The notes: generated by a model from the letters alone, not told the origin. A stretch of 64,000 nucleotides of DNA from Ignavibacteria bacterium (GCA_002869275.1 PKTF01000391.1:1630-65629), one strand, 5' to 3'. Positions 18,280-28,274 are shown, counted from the stretch's first letter. Program-made: numbers and translations.

Positions 18280-19188
18280 TCAGGTATTGAGGTGAAGGAT
18301 CGCCTTGATGATGTGCATGGCCATGGACGGATTTTCCTTGAGGCGGCGTGTGGAGTACGCGTACCACTGATCGCCGAAAGGCACGTATACCCGCAAACGG
18401 TGTCCCTGCGCGACGATCTCGTCCCGCCTCTTCGGACGCACGCCCAGCAGCATCTGGAATTCATATTCCTCTTTCTTCAGTTTCAACGCTTCGACGGTCT
18501 CGATGCCATGTTCGAGCAGTACGTCGTCATGCGTTGCAATCCCGATGTACACGCCGTCTCTGAGACCGAGTTCATTGAGCTTCTTGAAATTCTCCTGCAC
18601 TTCCTCGCGTTTCTTGAAGGCGATCTCCTCGGGCTCGACATAAATGCCCTTGCAGAGGCGGATATTCGTTTTCCCGTCTGCCATCAGGTCGCGAAGATCG
18701 GCGTCGGTCCGCCGCAGGTAGGCCTGCAGCACCACACCGACATGCTTGCCGTAATCGCGGCGCAGGTTCTTGTACATCGTAAGGGTGGAATCGGTATATG
18801 GATGGTCTTCCATATCGATACGCACGAAATTATCATAACCGCGCGCGATGTCGAGAAGCACCCGAAGATTCTCTTCGCAGTAGGCCGGATCGATGCTCAG
18901 TCCCATCTGCGTCGGCTTGATCGAAAGGTTGGCGTCGAGCTTATGCTCGTTGATGGCGTGCAGCACTGCTTCGCACTGGCGCCGCATGTCCAGCGTTTCT
19001 TCACGGCTGTTGACGCTCTCACCGAGAACGTCCATTGTCGCCATGATTCCCCTGGCGTTCAGCTCCTTGACGACGCGAACACCGTCGGACAGCGCTTCAC
19101 CGGCGATATAGGGCCGTGCGAAGTAACCGACGATGGGCTTGGGAACGAGGGGGATTGTTACGACGATAAGTTTTGAGATGAATGACAT
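18280..19188 (-). CDS. Proline dehydrogenase (monofunctional PRODH)
   Basis: 302 aa. It shows YIAGE, MDVLGE, SIKPTQMG, VRIDMED, VVLQAYLRRT, IRLCKGIY and YVPFG...YAYSTRRLKENP, the canonical PRODH barrel motifs. Confidence 0.88.
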   Translation of the reverse strand: MSFISKLIVVTIPLVPKPIVGYFARPYIAGEALSDGVRVVKELNARGIMATMDVLGESVNSREETLDMRRQCEAVLHAINEHKLDANLSIKPTQMGLSIDPAYCEENLRVLLDIARGYDNFVRIDMEDHPYTDSTLTMYKNLRRDYGKHVGVVLQAYLRRTDADLRDLMADGKTNIRLCKGIYVEPEEIAFKKREEVQENFKKLNELGLRDGVYIGIATHDDVLLEHGIETVEALKLKKEEYEFQMLLGVRPKRRDEIVAQGHRLRVYVPFGDQWYAYSTRRLKENPSMAMHIIKAILHLNT

Positions 19189-19269
19189 GGTAGGATACTC
19201 TTCAAGCGTTATAGCATATCAAAGAAAATTAGCTCCGATACTCAGGAAAAACAAACCGGGCCGCACCAT

Positions 19270-20415
19270 TCAGGTTGCCGCCGGATCCTCCTCTTCGCCC
19301 AGAAGTTCGCGGTACACTCCCATCATCTTTTCCGCGATCCGTGTATTGGTATAATGTTCGAGCACACGTGCCCTGCCTCGCGGACCGTATTCCGCACGCA
19401 GTTCCGACCGGTCGAGCAGCATCTGCAGCTTCTCGTGCATCTCGTCCCAGTTTTTTTCTTCGAACGTAAATCCGGCATCGCCGATAACCTTGGGGATCTC
19501 GGCGTGTGTCGATCCGAGCACGGTCACTTCCGATGCCATGGCCTGCACGAGTACCTGGCCAAACTGCTCCTTCCAGTGTGCGACGGTATACGACGGCAGA
19601 ACGAGCAGATCCATGACGTTGATGTGCCGTGGGACTTCGTCGTGGGGTATGCTGATGGCAAATCGTACCCGGTCGGCAATTCCGAGTTCTTCCGCCCGGC
19701 GCCGCAGATCGGCTTCCAGCTTGCCTCCACCGATCAACAGAAGGGAATACTCGCCGTTCAGCTTCGCGCAGCTTTCGAGCAATTCCATGACGCCCTTCTC
19801 CGGCACAAAGCGTCCGATAAAGCCGATAACCGTGCCGGTCAGTCCGAGCTCCTGTTTGAAGTCCGAAGCATCGCGTTTCTGGAACAGCTCCGCATCGAGT
19901 CCGAGCAGCGGCATGACGTGCACTGGCTTCTCGAAGCCCTTCTTTCGGAGAATATCACGCGCGTCGCTGTTTCCACAGATGGCGGCATCACTGCGAATGA
20001 GATTGAAGCGCTCAAAAAACGTAAAGGGGAAATTCAGCGTTTTCTCGAAGTTCATCCAGGTAAAAAACAGCGTTCTGGCCTGCGGCGCGAAAATCCTACG
20101 GTACACCAGCGCCTGAAAATACGAGAAGGCGTCCGTCCCCTCTTCGACATGCAGAATATCGGGTTTGAAATCGCGCATGCACATGTAGGCCGAGCGGTAG
20201 ACGTGTGCCGCTTCCTTGCCGCTGAACAGGACGGGCAGTGCGCGCATCTCCAGTTCGTCGTCACGGTGTTCGTCGTACCGGATCGTGAACAGGTAATCCT
20301 TCCAGACCGTTGGTACGATGATGCGCAGGTTGACGTCATAGAGACGCGCCAGCTCGCGCCACTTTTCGCGGCCGATCCGGGTAATGTAGGTATGGCTGAT
20401 GACGAGTACGTTCAC
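19270..20415 (-). CDS. Glycosyltransferase, GT4 family
   Basis: 381 aa with a GT-B fold. The C-terminal half shows FIGRFVPEKGV...LLLIGGG...LVLPS...EQFGQVLVQAMA, the E-x7-E region. Confidence 0.8.
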   Translation of the reverse strand: MNVLVISHTYITRIGREKWRELARLYDVNLRIIVPTVWKDYLFTIRYDEHRDDELEMRALPVLFSGKEAAHVYRSAYMCMRDFKPDILHVEEGTDAFSYFQALVYRRIFAPQARTLFFTWMNFEKTLNFPFTFFERFNLIRSDAAICGNSDARDILRKKGFEKPVHVMPLLGLDAELFQKRDASDFKQELGLTGTVIGFIGRFVPEKGVMELLESCAKLNGEYSLLLIGGGKLEADLRRRAEELGIADRVRFAISIPHDEVPRHINVMDLLVLPSYTVAHWKEQFGQVLVQAMASEVTVLGSTHAEIPKVIGDAGFTFEEKNWDEMHEKLQMLLDRSELRAEYGPRGRARVLEHYTNTRIAEKMMGVYRELLGEEEDPAAT

Positions 20416-20438
20416 GGATTTCGGGCGGGTGCTGGTGA

Positions 20439-21590
20439 TTATTGATGCGCCGCGATGGCTTTTTCGTAGACGTCGACGGTGCGGCGCGAAATTTCGGGCC
20501 AGGCAAATTCTTCTTCCACGCGCTTACGCGCTCCGGCACCGAGCTGCGCGCGCAGCGCCTCAGATTTCAGCAGGCGCACGAACTGCTCGGCGAGCTGATC
20601 CGGGCTTCGTGGCTCGACCAGGATGCCGCTGACGCCATCCTCGATGATCTCCGGTATGCCTCCGACACGTGTACCGACGAGCGGAAGTCCGCTGGCCATG
20701 GCTTCGAGACCGGAGATGCTCGTTGCTTCCATCAGGGACGGCAGGGTCGCGATGGTGGATAACGCATAGAACTTGGGCATGGCCGTGTTGGGTACGTTGC
20801 CTGTGAAGAACACATCATGCGACTGCCCGAATTCCTGGAGCAGTGCCTCGAAGCGCTCGCGCTCATCGGGGAAACCTCCGCCGACGATAAGGAATTGTAC
20901 GTCGGGTACCTGCACGCGTACGTGCGGTATCGCGCGAATAAAATACTCGACGCCGTTCTTGGGTTCGAGGCGACGAGGGCAAATGATCACCGGACGACCG
21001 GGATCGAGTCCGTAATCCTTGTCGATGACGCCGAAGCTGTTGTCCGGATGAAATTTTGCCGCATCCACCCCGTTGGGAATGTACACGTTGCGCGCGGGCG
21101 CGATGCCAGTGGCAGTGGACTTTTCGTAGAGTTCACGGCTCGGACTGATGATCGCGTCTGCGTGTCCGAGGAACATGCGAATTTTTCGCTTTCCACTGCT
21201 GGTCTCGTACATCTCGAGATAGTTCGAGGTGTGGTTGGTCCATACGAGCGGAATATCCTTGCGCAGCGCCCGTGTCGTCCAGCAGTTGGGCGTCAGGTCA
21301 TGCCAGTGTAGTACATCGAAGGTGTGCTCGGCGTGAAGCCTGCGCACATATTCTCGCACGCGACGAATGTAGAACAGGTGCTTGATGCGGGGCGTGTCGC
21401 GGTCCACGAAGAGATTGTGGACAGTGAATCCTTCCATCTCCTCGATGTTGTCTTCGCCCGCGCCGTACACCGGGTGCACCAGGTGCAGCAGATGTCCGTT
21501 CTGCACGTGTGCGCGGGCCAGTTCGAGCGCATGCGTGGCCATGCCACCGATGTTGGGAAGAAAGTCTGAAGTCAGGAGAAGTATGTTCAT
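20439..21590 (-). CDS. Glycosyltransferase, GT4 family
   Basis: 383 aa. It starts MNILLLTSDFLPNIGGMATHALELA and continues with RRLEPKNGV...FLIVGGG...TLPSLMEATSISGLEAMASGLPLVGTRVGGIPE. Confidence 0.85.
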   Translation of the reverse strand: MNILLLTSDFLPNIGGMATHALELARAHVQNGHLLHLVHPVYGAGEDNIEEMEGFTVHNLFVDRDTPRIKHLFYIRRVREYVRRLHAEHTFDVLHWHDLTPNCWTTRALRKDIPLVWTNHTSNYLEMYETSSGKRKIRMFLGHADAIISPSRELYEKSTATGIAPARNVYIPNGVDAAKFHPDNSFGVIDKDYGLDPGRPVIICPRRLEPKNGVEYFIRAIPHVRVQVPDVQFLIVGGGFPDERERFEALLQEFGQSHDVFFTGNVPNTAMPKFYALSTIATLPSLMEATSISGLEAMASGLPLVGTRVGGIPEIIEDGVSGILVEPRSPDQLAEQFVRLLKSEALRAQLGAGARKRVEEEFAWPEISRRTVDVYEKAIAAHQ

Positions 21591-21593
21591 GCG

Positions 21594-22625
21594 TTATGCT
21601 CCAAGCAGCGCCCGGACGTCCTCGACGATCCGGTGCAGCCTGTGGATGGCCTGGTGTTCCGCTGTCGCGCGCTCGTGTCCGGCGCGTGCGATGGCCAGGC
21701 GTTCTTCTTCGTGGTCAATATAGTAACGGATTTTTTCCTTCAGCTCGTCCACCGAGTCGAAGCAGGCGATTTCCTTCCCTTCCACGTACAGCTCCTCGGC
21801 CTGTTCCTGCGAGCGCTGAGTGAGCAGGAAGCCTCCGTAGCCCGGAATTTCCAGGGTACGGACGTTATGCGAATCCTTGTTCTGTTCGCGCAGAAAATTC
21901 AGGTGGATACGAGACACGGCGAAAAGCTTCGAGATCTCTTCCCCGTACACGGCGTTGCCTTTCCAGCGAGCGCGCAGAGGTGTCCCTTCAGCGACGCGCT
22001 CCCACATGTTTCCCCAGACCGAGAGATCAAACTCCGTCACCTTCTCCAGCCACCATTCCCGCATGGGTTCCCAGGTGCCGGCGAACACCACGTCGGTGGC
22101 GTAGCGCGCGCGGTCTTCGTCGGAGACGGCCTCGGGCCTCTGCAGCATGGCCGGATCGTAGCAGAACGGCAGGTACTCCACCCGCTTGCCGCCGGCGTCT
22201 CGCAGCGGTTGAATGAGCGACCTGGCGTAGATATAGTAGATGTCGAACAGCGGGATGCTCGCAATGCTGTCTTTCGTGGCATTGCGGTTTTTGACGTTGA
22301 AGGGACCGTCGGGATACCACTGCAGCAGCAGCGTCCCATACTTCTCCTTCACCTCGCGGATGGCGCTTTCATAGATGGTTTCGCCCTTGAGAAAGAGCAC
22401 GACGTCGGGACGAAAATCCGCCACGGTCTGTACGAACTCGGCGTTCATCTGTCGCCGGTTGATGCGTCGCGTCGCCGCGGAGACAATGGGGATGCTTCCG
22501 CCGGTGGTGAAGCGGGGCTTCCGGAAATCAAATACCCGCACCTCGCAGCCGAGTTGTTCGAGGTAACCCTTGTACGACCACCCACCGGTTCCGTACCAGT
22601 ATTCGCAGACCAGGAGAAGTTTCAT
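21594..22625 (-). CDS. CgeB-like glycosyltransferase (Glyco_trans_1_2 / DUF3880-type)
   Basis: 343 aa. The C-terminal block NVRTLEIPGYGGFLLTQRS...ELYVEGKEIACFDSVDELKEKIRYY...RLAIARAGHERATAEH is typical of the CgeB family. Confidence 0.6.
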   Translation of the reverse strand: MKLLLVCEYWYGTGGWSYKGYLEQLGCEVRVFDFRKPRFTTGGSIPIVSAATRRINRRQMNAEFVQTVADFRPDVVLFLKGETIYESAIREVKEKYGTLLLQWYPDGPFNVKNRNATKDSIASIPLFDIYYIYARSLIQPLRDAGGKRVEYLPFCYDPAMLQRPEAVSDEDRARYATDVVFAGTWEPMREWWLEKVTEFDLSVWGNMWERVAEGTPLRARWKGNAVYGEEISKLFAVSRIHLNFLREQNKDSHNVRTLEIPGYGGFLLTQRSQEQAEELYVEGKEIACFDSVDELKEKIRYYIDHEEERLAIARAGHERATAEHQAIHRLHRIVEDVRALLGA

Positions 22626-22626
22626 G

Positions 22627-24081
22627 TTATTCGGTATCGGACGTCTCGTCCGCCTTCATGACGCTCTTGATGTAATCGGCATGTTCCCTGAGCTGCCGAC
22701 GTTCGACGAGCAGTTCAAGTACTGCAAAAATACCAATGAGATAGAGCGCTTCCAAAACAAACTGCACGATGGCTCCCATGCCCAGATCCGGAAGCGGGGC
22801 GAGCAGCACGACCGCGGCGGCGATGGCGGCGAAGATGACCGGCAGCACGAACACGTGCATCCAGCGGATGGACACTTCGCGACGGACGATGAACAGTGCT
22901 CCGAATACACCGATCGCGTAATTCAGCACGATCGCATAAGCGGCACCGCTGATACCGAGCCATACGACCAGGAAGTACATGGCGGGGAGGAATACCACGA
23001 GCTGACCGATGCGTACCCGCACAATGGCTTCAGGCTTCCCTTTCGCATACAGCAGCTGCTTCATGTTTTCGAACATGGGTGAAAGCAGCGCACCGGCGGC
23101 AAGAATCTGCAGGACGGGGATGGCGTCGTTCCACTGGTCCCCGATGATGCGAATAAATGACCCCGGGAGAATACCGAACACCAGCACGAAGGGCATCAGT
23201 ACGCGCACGAGAAAATACAGAACCAGGCTGAACGCGCGTGAGAGGCGCTCCTGATCGTTCTGGACTTTGGAATACGTCGGAAGCGCGACCGTCACCACGG
23301 CGGGTGCAACGGTCTGCGGCGCCATTTCCCAGTACTTGAGCGCACGGCCGTAGCTGCCCTGCAGATTCGTCCCCAGCAGTCCTTCGGTCACCAGCGTGCC
23401 GTAGCGCACGAAGATGACTTCCATTCCGCGGGAGAAAATGAGTTTCCATCCCATGGAAAGGAACCAGCGCGCGGTCTCGGGGTTGAAGGTCAGTCCCACC
23501 GGATACCGGCTGATGATGCTCATGCCGATGAAGGAAATCACGAACGTGGAGCAGTAACCCAGCACCATGCCCCAGGCTCCCATGCCGTTGGCCACGAGGA
23601 TGTATGACACAACCGGGAACGCAAGGACGGACATCAGGTTGATACGAGCGATTTTTTTGTACTCGAGCTGTTTCTCGAGATACGACGAAAAGAGAATCGT
23701 GAAGAGATTCAGCGTGCTGAACGCGGCGAGTACCAGGAAGGCTTCGATCTTGATTTCGGTGGTACCGCGCACAGCAAGCACCCATGCCACGACAAGCGTC
23801 GCGGCGAGCATGACGGCACTGAGCGCGATCGTGAGCACAAAGGCGGTGGAATAGAGGTCTTTCCGTTTCTCATCGGCCTGGATCACGGAAATGTTGAAGG
23901 AAACGGCGGCGAGAATGAAAAGCAGATCTACGACGGCAAGCCCGAACATATAGATGCCGTTTTCGTCGGGCTGCAGCATGCGGTCGCGGAAAATGCCGAA
24001 GACAAAACCCACGCCCATGGCAATGTAATTCAGGCCGCTGGTCCACAGCGTACTGACGATAGCCTTGCGGGCAATGTTCAC
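22627..24081 (-). CDS. Polysaccharide flippase (Wzx / MOP superfamily)
   Basis: 484 aa and polytopic (12 or more hydrophobic helices). It sits among glycosyltransferases and its boundaries overlap or abut both neighbours. Confidence 0.75.
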   Translation of the reverse strand: MNIARKAIVSTLWTSGLNYIAMGVGFVFGIFRDRMLQPDENGIYMFGLAVVDLLFILAAVSFNISVIQADEKRKDLYSTAFVLTIALSAVMLAATLVVAWVLAVRGTTEIKIEAFLVLAAFSTLNLFTILFSSYLEKQLEYKKIARINLMSVLAFPVVSYILVANGMGAWGMVLGYCSTFVISFIGMSIISRYPVGLTFNPETARWFLSMGWKLIFSRGMEVIFVRYGTLVTEGLLGTNLQGSYGRALKYWEMAPQTVAPAVVTVALPTYSKVQNDQERLSRAFSLVLYFLVRVLMPFVLVFGILPGSFIRIIGDQWNDAIPVLQILAAGALLSPMFENMKQLLYAKGKPEAIVRVRIGQLVVFLPAMYFLVVWLGISGAAYAIVLNYAIGVFGALFIVRREVSIRWMHVFVLPVIFAAIAAAVVLLAPLPDLGMGAIVQFVLEALYLIGIFAVLELLVERRQLREHADYIKSVMKADETSDTE

Positions 24082-25220
24082 CGGGTATGCTCCGTATCAT
24101 CCAGGAGTTCGTGATACACGTCGATGACGCGGCGCGCGTAACGGTCCCAGGTAAATTCCTGGATGTACTCCGACGCGTTGCGTCCCATCTCTGCAGAATC
24201 CTTGGGATGGTCGTACAGCCATTGCAGTTTCTCAGCGATGGCGTCGGCGCTGCGGATAGGGATGCGGAAGCCGTCCTGTCCGTCGCGCACCACGCTGCCG
24301 GTGTTCACCGATACGACCATCGGCAGACCGCAGGCCATGGCCTCGTATGTGACCAGTGCCGAGCCCTCCTGCAGCGACGGCAGTATGAACACCGACGCCT
24401 GTGCGTATTCCTTCTGCAGTTCCTCGTGTTTGACATGTCCGCGAAGAATGATGCGCGAGGCGTGACGGTTGAGGATGGGCTGCATGCCTTCCTCCACCTT
24501 GCCGATGAAATGCAATTCGGCGTTGGGCAGCGCCAGGCGCTCCCAGGCTTCGAGTAAATAATGGACGCCTTTCTGTATCCCGATGTTCCCGACGAACAGT
24601 ACCCGGAACACATCGTCGCGCTTTTCGCCCGGCTTGAAGTCCGAGGGATTGAAGCCGTAGGGAATAACGGACAGTTTCTCATCGGGAATGCCGTTTTCCA
24701 CGAAGGTGCGGCGCACGAATTCCGAGGGGATGATGACGCGGTCCGCTTCATCGATTTCGCGCAGTCCTTTCTTGATGATCTGCGGATGCGCCCGTTCGAT
24801 CTCCACTCCGAAACGCTCAAATTCCTCTTTCAGAATTGCGTCCTGGTAATGAGGGTGGGTGGATCCGCGTTCGATCACGATGCGGGCGCCATGCGCACGG
24901 GCATGCGGGATCGAGGCAAGGGCGTAGTTGCCCCAGGCGTGGAAAATGTCGCAGGGGGGAATGTACCGGCGTGCGAGCGCATCAAAAAGATTGTCTTTCA
25001 GCCAGGAATAATATCCGCGTCGCCGCAGAGGCGGGACCTTGCGCACGAGCATCCCCAGGTATTCCGGCGAGGGGATACTATGGCAGCGCCGTGAAGAAAA
25101 GCGCTTTTTCACGTACCAGCGCTTGGTCGTGATGATGCGCTCGAGATAGCCCCGCTTATCGAGTTGTTCGGCCAGCTCAAGCGCGTGGAAGCGCCCGCCG
25201 ACGGATATAACGACTTTCAC
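24078..25220 (-). CDS. Glycosyltransferase, GT4 family
   Basis: 380 aa. It shows FVGNIGIQKGVHYLL...LHFIGK...FILPSLQEGSALVTYEAMACGLPMVVS. Confidence 0.8.
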   Translation of the reverse strand: MKVVISVGGRFHALELAEQLDKRGYLERIITTKRWYVKKRFSSRRCHSIPSPEYLGMLVRKVPPLRRRGYYSWLKDNLFDALARRYIPPCDIFHAWGNYALASIPHARAHGARIVIERGSTHPHYQDAILKEEFERFGVEIERAHPQIIKKGLREIDEADRVIIPSEFVRRTFVENGIPDEKLSVIPYGFNPSDFKPGEKRDDVFRVLFVGNIGIQKGVHYLLEAWERLALPNAELHFIGKVEEGMQPILNRHASRIILRGHVKHEELQKEYAQASVFILPSLQEGSALVTYEAMACGLPMVVSVNTGSVVRDGQDGFRIPIRSADAIAEKLQWLYDHPKDSAEMGRNASEYIQEFTWDRYARRVIDVYHELLDDTEHTR

Positions 25221-25228
25221 GCTCGCTG

Positions 25229-27874
25229 TTACTCTCCGCTGTTGTCGGCTGCCGCAGTTTCTCTCTTCGCCATGCGTTTGCGGATGTACAGGACGAAGTA
25301 GACAAGAAACACGATGGCGAGCAGATAGTTGGTCAGGGTTGTGATGATCAGACCGGACTGATAGGTCTCCGGTTCAAAGTGCATTTCGAGTCGATGCGAT
25401 CCGGCAGGCACCACCACTGCGCGCAGCGCATAGTCCGAGCGCAGGATTTCCACGGGCTCTCCGTCGATCGTCGCCTTCCAGCCGCTGGGATAATACACCT
25501 CGCTGACCTTCAATATGGCGTCGACCGGCGTCTCGAGGTCGTAGGCGAATCCGTTGATCCCGAAGTGTACCAGTTCCGCGGATGCGCCCGCGAGCACGCT
25601 GTCCGGCACCTGCATCGGAGGCGAGGTCAGCTCTTCGCTCAGATAGGCGACGCGGTCGGGCTGATACCCGGGAAGCGTCCCGATCTTCTGGAACATGGTC
25701 TCGTCATCTTCGATCACCTCGTGACTGCCGACAAAGAATGCGCGGGGGAAGACGGCACGGTTTTCGAACACCATTTCCTGCTGTCCGGTAAAGACCGGTT
25801 CCAACCAGGGCGACTGGATCTGCCAGCCGATCGGCGTCACGAGATACTTGGTGTTGAGCATGCTGAGAAGCGCCCAGTTCACACCGTCGACGTGTGCACC
25901 TTCCCGGAAGGTGAACTGGTTGTACATCGTGTTTCGTATGTCGTCATAGAGCTTCATCTTGGCCGGGTGATACCCCGCCACGTTTTGAATTCCGAAACCG
26001 ACATACCAGTTGTCGTCACCATGTGCCCCGGCGGGGAGAACCCGGTACACGGTCGTATCCTGCTGAAGGAAATCCACGACGTCGGTGCGGGCCAGCGATT
26101 GCTCCTGCTGCCGCATCGGTACCATGTGCATCGGCTTGTAGTCGACGATCCACCAGTCGATCACGAGGAGGAGAAGGAGTCCGACCTGCAATCCGGTAAA
26201 CGCCAGTTTGCCGCGTACGAAAGCGAACAGTGCTCCTCCGGCGAGGACCATGAACAGCACGGCGAGCATGGCGTCATCGAGCGCCATGCCGAAGATTGCA
26301 TCGCGGGTCAGGTTATGATACTGTGCATCTACCTGACTCAGCTGCCCTGCCTGTGCGGCCTGCTCTATCTGCTGCATGCCCTGGTACAGGTTCGGGTGAT
26401 TGTTCTCCATCCCCTCGGCAACCATGTCTTTGTAACTGCCTTCTGAGACCACGAGCACCAGCACGAGCGCGGCTGCCGCGGCGACAGGGATCCAGATGAT
26501 CTTCGTCAGGCGCTTGACCTGGCCTTCGCCTTCACCGCGTTTGCGTTCGCGTATCAGGCGGATGATCTCCGTCAGCCCCACACCCGCGAGCATGCCCATG
26601 GACAGCGACATGAGGAAAAGGATCATCGACGGAATTCGGAAATTATTGAAGAACGGGAGGTAGTTGAACAGCAGGTCGTAAACGACACTGAAATTCCGTC
26701 CGAAGGCGACGAGCAGGGAAAACAGTCCGAGGGCGATCCACAGGTGCACGAAACGGTCTTTCGGCCGCAGGAGGATGCCCAGCAATGCGAGGAAGCTGAT
26801 GACCACACCCAGATAAATCGGAGATTCGGTGAACGTCATCGTACCCCAGTACGTCAGGCCCCCGAAGCCGACAAACGACGGCACGAAAAAGGTAATAACC
26901 TCGATCGGTGAGAAGGACCAGTTGGTGGCGTAGTCATAATCCAGCCCGGCACCTGCCGGAGCGCCGTGACCTGATCCGCCCGAACCCGCGCCGCGGATGG
27001 AAAAGTCCTTGTATTCCCAGGTGGCGAAATACGGTCCCGACAGCATCAGGAAGGCGAACGCCGCGGCGCCGACGGTGATGACGGAGACGAAGGCGACATC
27101 CTTGAAGGATGCTCCGGCGTACCATTTATACAGCACGTAGAATCCCACGGCCATCAGGCTGTAGAACACCATCTGCACGTGACCGGAATTGAACGTGAAA
27201 TGCAGAGCCGCGACGAGCAGCGCGACCCGCAACACACTGCGTTTCTCGAAGAGAAGATCGACCAGAAGCAAAATGGCGGGGAGCCATGCAAACACCGTGA
27301 TTTTGGTGTTGTGTCCGGCCATGATCCAGTTCAGCGAGTACAGTGAGAACACAACGGACACCGCTACGAGGAACGCTACGTACGGCTCGAATTTGCGCCG
27401 TATTCCGAGCATGTATACGAATGCGCCGAGCAGGAAGAAATTGAAAATATCCCAGAACATCGATGGCAGCGGCAGCACTCCGATGGCGGACTGCACCCAG
27501 CCATAGACCTGAAGGATCACCATCGGCTTGAGGGGATCCAGGAACGTATGCAAGTACATACCGTGACCGGGAGACGACGATCCCCATGTAGGCATGCCCG
27601 AGAAGACGTAGGGGTTCCAGAAGGGATTCACTCCCGCGTCATCGGCATCCTTCAGGTAGCCGTCTTCATAGACGATGGAAGACACATTATCCGGCACGAA
27701 GAACACCTTGCCGTCGAAGAAGGCCTCGTGAAAGAATATCACGAGCAGCAGGGCAATCAGGCCGAGGAATACTTTGTGTGCGTGCTTCTCGAGGAAGGCG
27801 GGCTGTGACAGGGAGGGTCCCTGTACCGCGACTTTACGTGATGACTTTTTCGAGGATGAACGTGTCTTTGCCAT
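25229..27874 (-). CDS. YfhO-family polytopic membrane protein (GT-C-like)
   Basis: About 881 aa with many TM helices, a large C-terminal extracytoplasmic domain and a final TM helix. NPFWNPYVFSGMPTWG is the typical YfhO N-terminal motif. I prefer the start at MAKTRSSS (27874). The ORF-track start at 27946 leaves no room after the terminator at 27981-28009. Confidence 0.6.
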   Translation of the reverse strand: MAKTRSSSKKSSRKVAVQGPSLSQPAFLEKHAHKVFLGLIALLLVIFFHEAFFDGKVFFVPDNVSSIVYEDGYLKDADDAGVNPFWNPYVFSGMPTWGSSSPGHGMYLHTFLDPLKPMVILQVYGWVQSAIGVLPLPSMFWDIFNFFLLGAFVYMLGIRRKFEPYVAFLVAVSVVFSLYSLNWIMAGHNTKITVFAWLPAILLLVDLLFEKRSVLRVALLVAALHFTFNSGHVQMVFYSLMAVGFYVLYKWYAGASFKDVAFVSVITVGAAAFAFLMLSGPYFATWEYKDFSIRGAGSGGSGHGAPAGAGLDYDYATNWSFSPIEVITFFVPSFVGFGGLTYWGTMTFTESPIYLGVVISFLALLGILLRPKDRFVHLWIALGLFSLLVAFGRNFSVVYDLLFNYLPFFNNFRIPSMILFLMSLSMGMLAGVGLTEIIRLIRERKRGEGEGQVKRLTKIIWIPVAAAAALVLVLVVSEGSYKDMVAEGMENNHPNLYQGMQQIEQAAQAGQLSQVDAQYHNLTRDAIFGMALDDAMLAVLFMVLAGGALFAFVRGKLAFTGLQVGLLLLLVIDWWIVDYKPMHMVPMRQQEQSLARTDVVDFLQQDTTVYRVLPAGAHGDDNWYVGFGIQNVAGYHPAKMKLYDDIRNTMYNQFTFREGAHVDGVNWALLSMLNTKYLVTPIGWQIQSPWLEPVFTGQQEMVFENRAVFPRAFFVGSHEVIEDDETMFQKIGTLPGYQPDRVAYLSEELTSPPMQVPDSVLAGASAELVHFGINGFAYDLETPVDAILKVSEVYYPSGWKATIDGEPVEILRSDYALRAVVVPAGSHRLEMHFEPETYQSGLIITTLTNYLLAIVFLVYFVLYIRKRMAKRETAAADNSGE

Positions 27875-27980
27875 GGCAACCGGCTGATATTGAATGACAG
27901 AGGGAGTATAAAGGAAAAAAATAGCCATCCCGTGATGAAGAAACAATGCGTTCCCCTGTCAGGGACAGCCAGGGACAGCA

Positions 27981-28009
27981 AAAGAAACACCCCGCGCAGA
28001 GGCGGGGTG
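27981..28009 (-). terminator. Intrinsic terminator after the lon / zinc-ribbon unit
   Basis: The minus strand reads CACCCCGC-CTCTGC-GCGGGGTG followed by TTTCTTT. Confidence 0.75.
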
Positions 28010-28034
28010 CTTTAGAACTCATCAATGCGCCAGC

Positions 28035-28274
28035 TCAGGCCACGCGTTTCTGTCCACCCTTCTGGTTGGGATTCCGCGAGGCGCGGACGACCACTTCCAC
28101 ATTGTCGAGATCGACACTGACCTCGGCATTGCAATACGGGCAGTACTTGGCCGTCTGTATATCAAAGCTGATAGTATTTTTACACATGGGACACTCTGTG
28201 ATCACCATGCCGATGACCTTGCCGGTCTGCTTGACTTTCACCGGTTTGGCAGCTGCTTTGTCTGTTGCTTTCAT
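28035..28274 (-). CDS. Small zinc-ribbon protein (hypothetical)
   Basis: 79 aa with two CxxC pairs (CPMC ... CPYC). The N- and C-termini are basic. It lies 42 nt downstream of lon on the same strand, and the terminator follows it. Confidence 0.5.
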   Translation of the reverse strand: MKATDKAAAKPVKVKQTGKVIGMVITECPMCKNTISFDIQTAKYCPYCNAEVSVDLDNVEVVVRASRNPNQKGGQKRVA

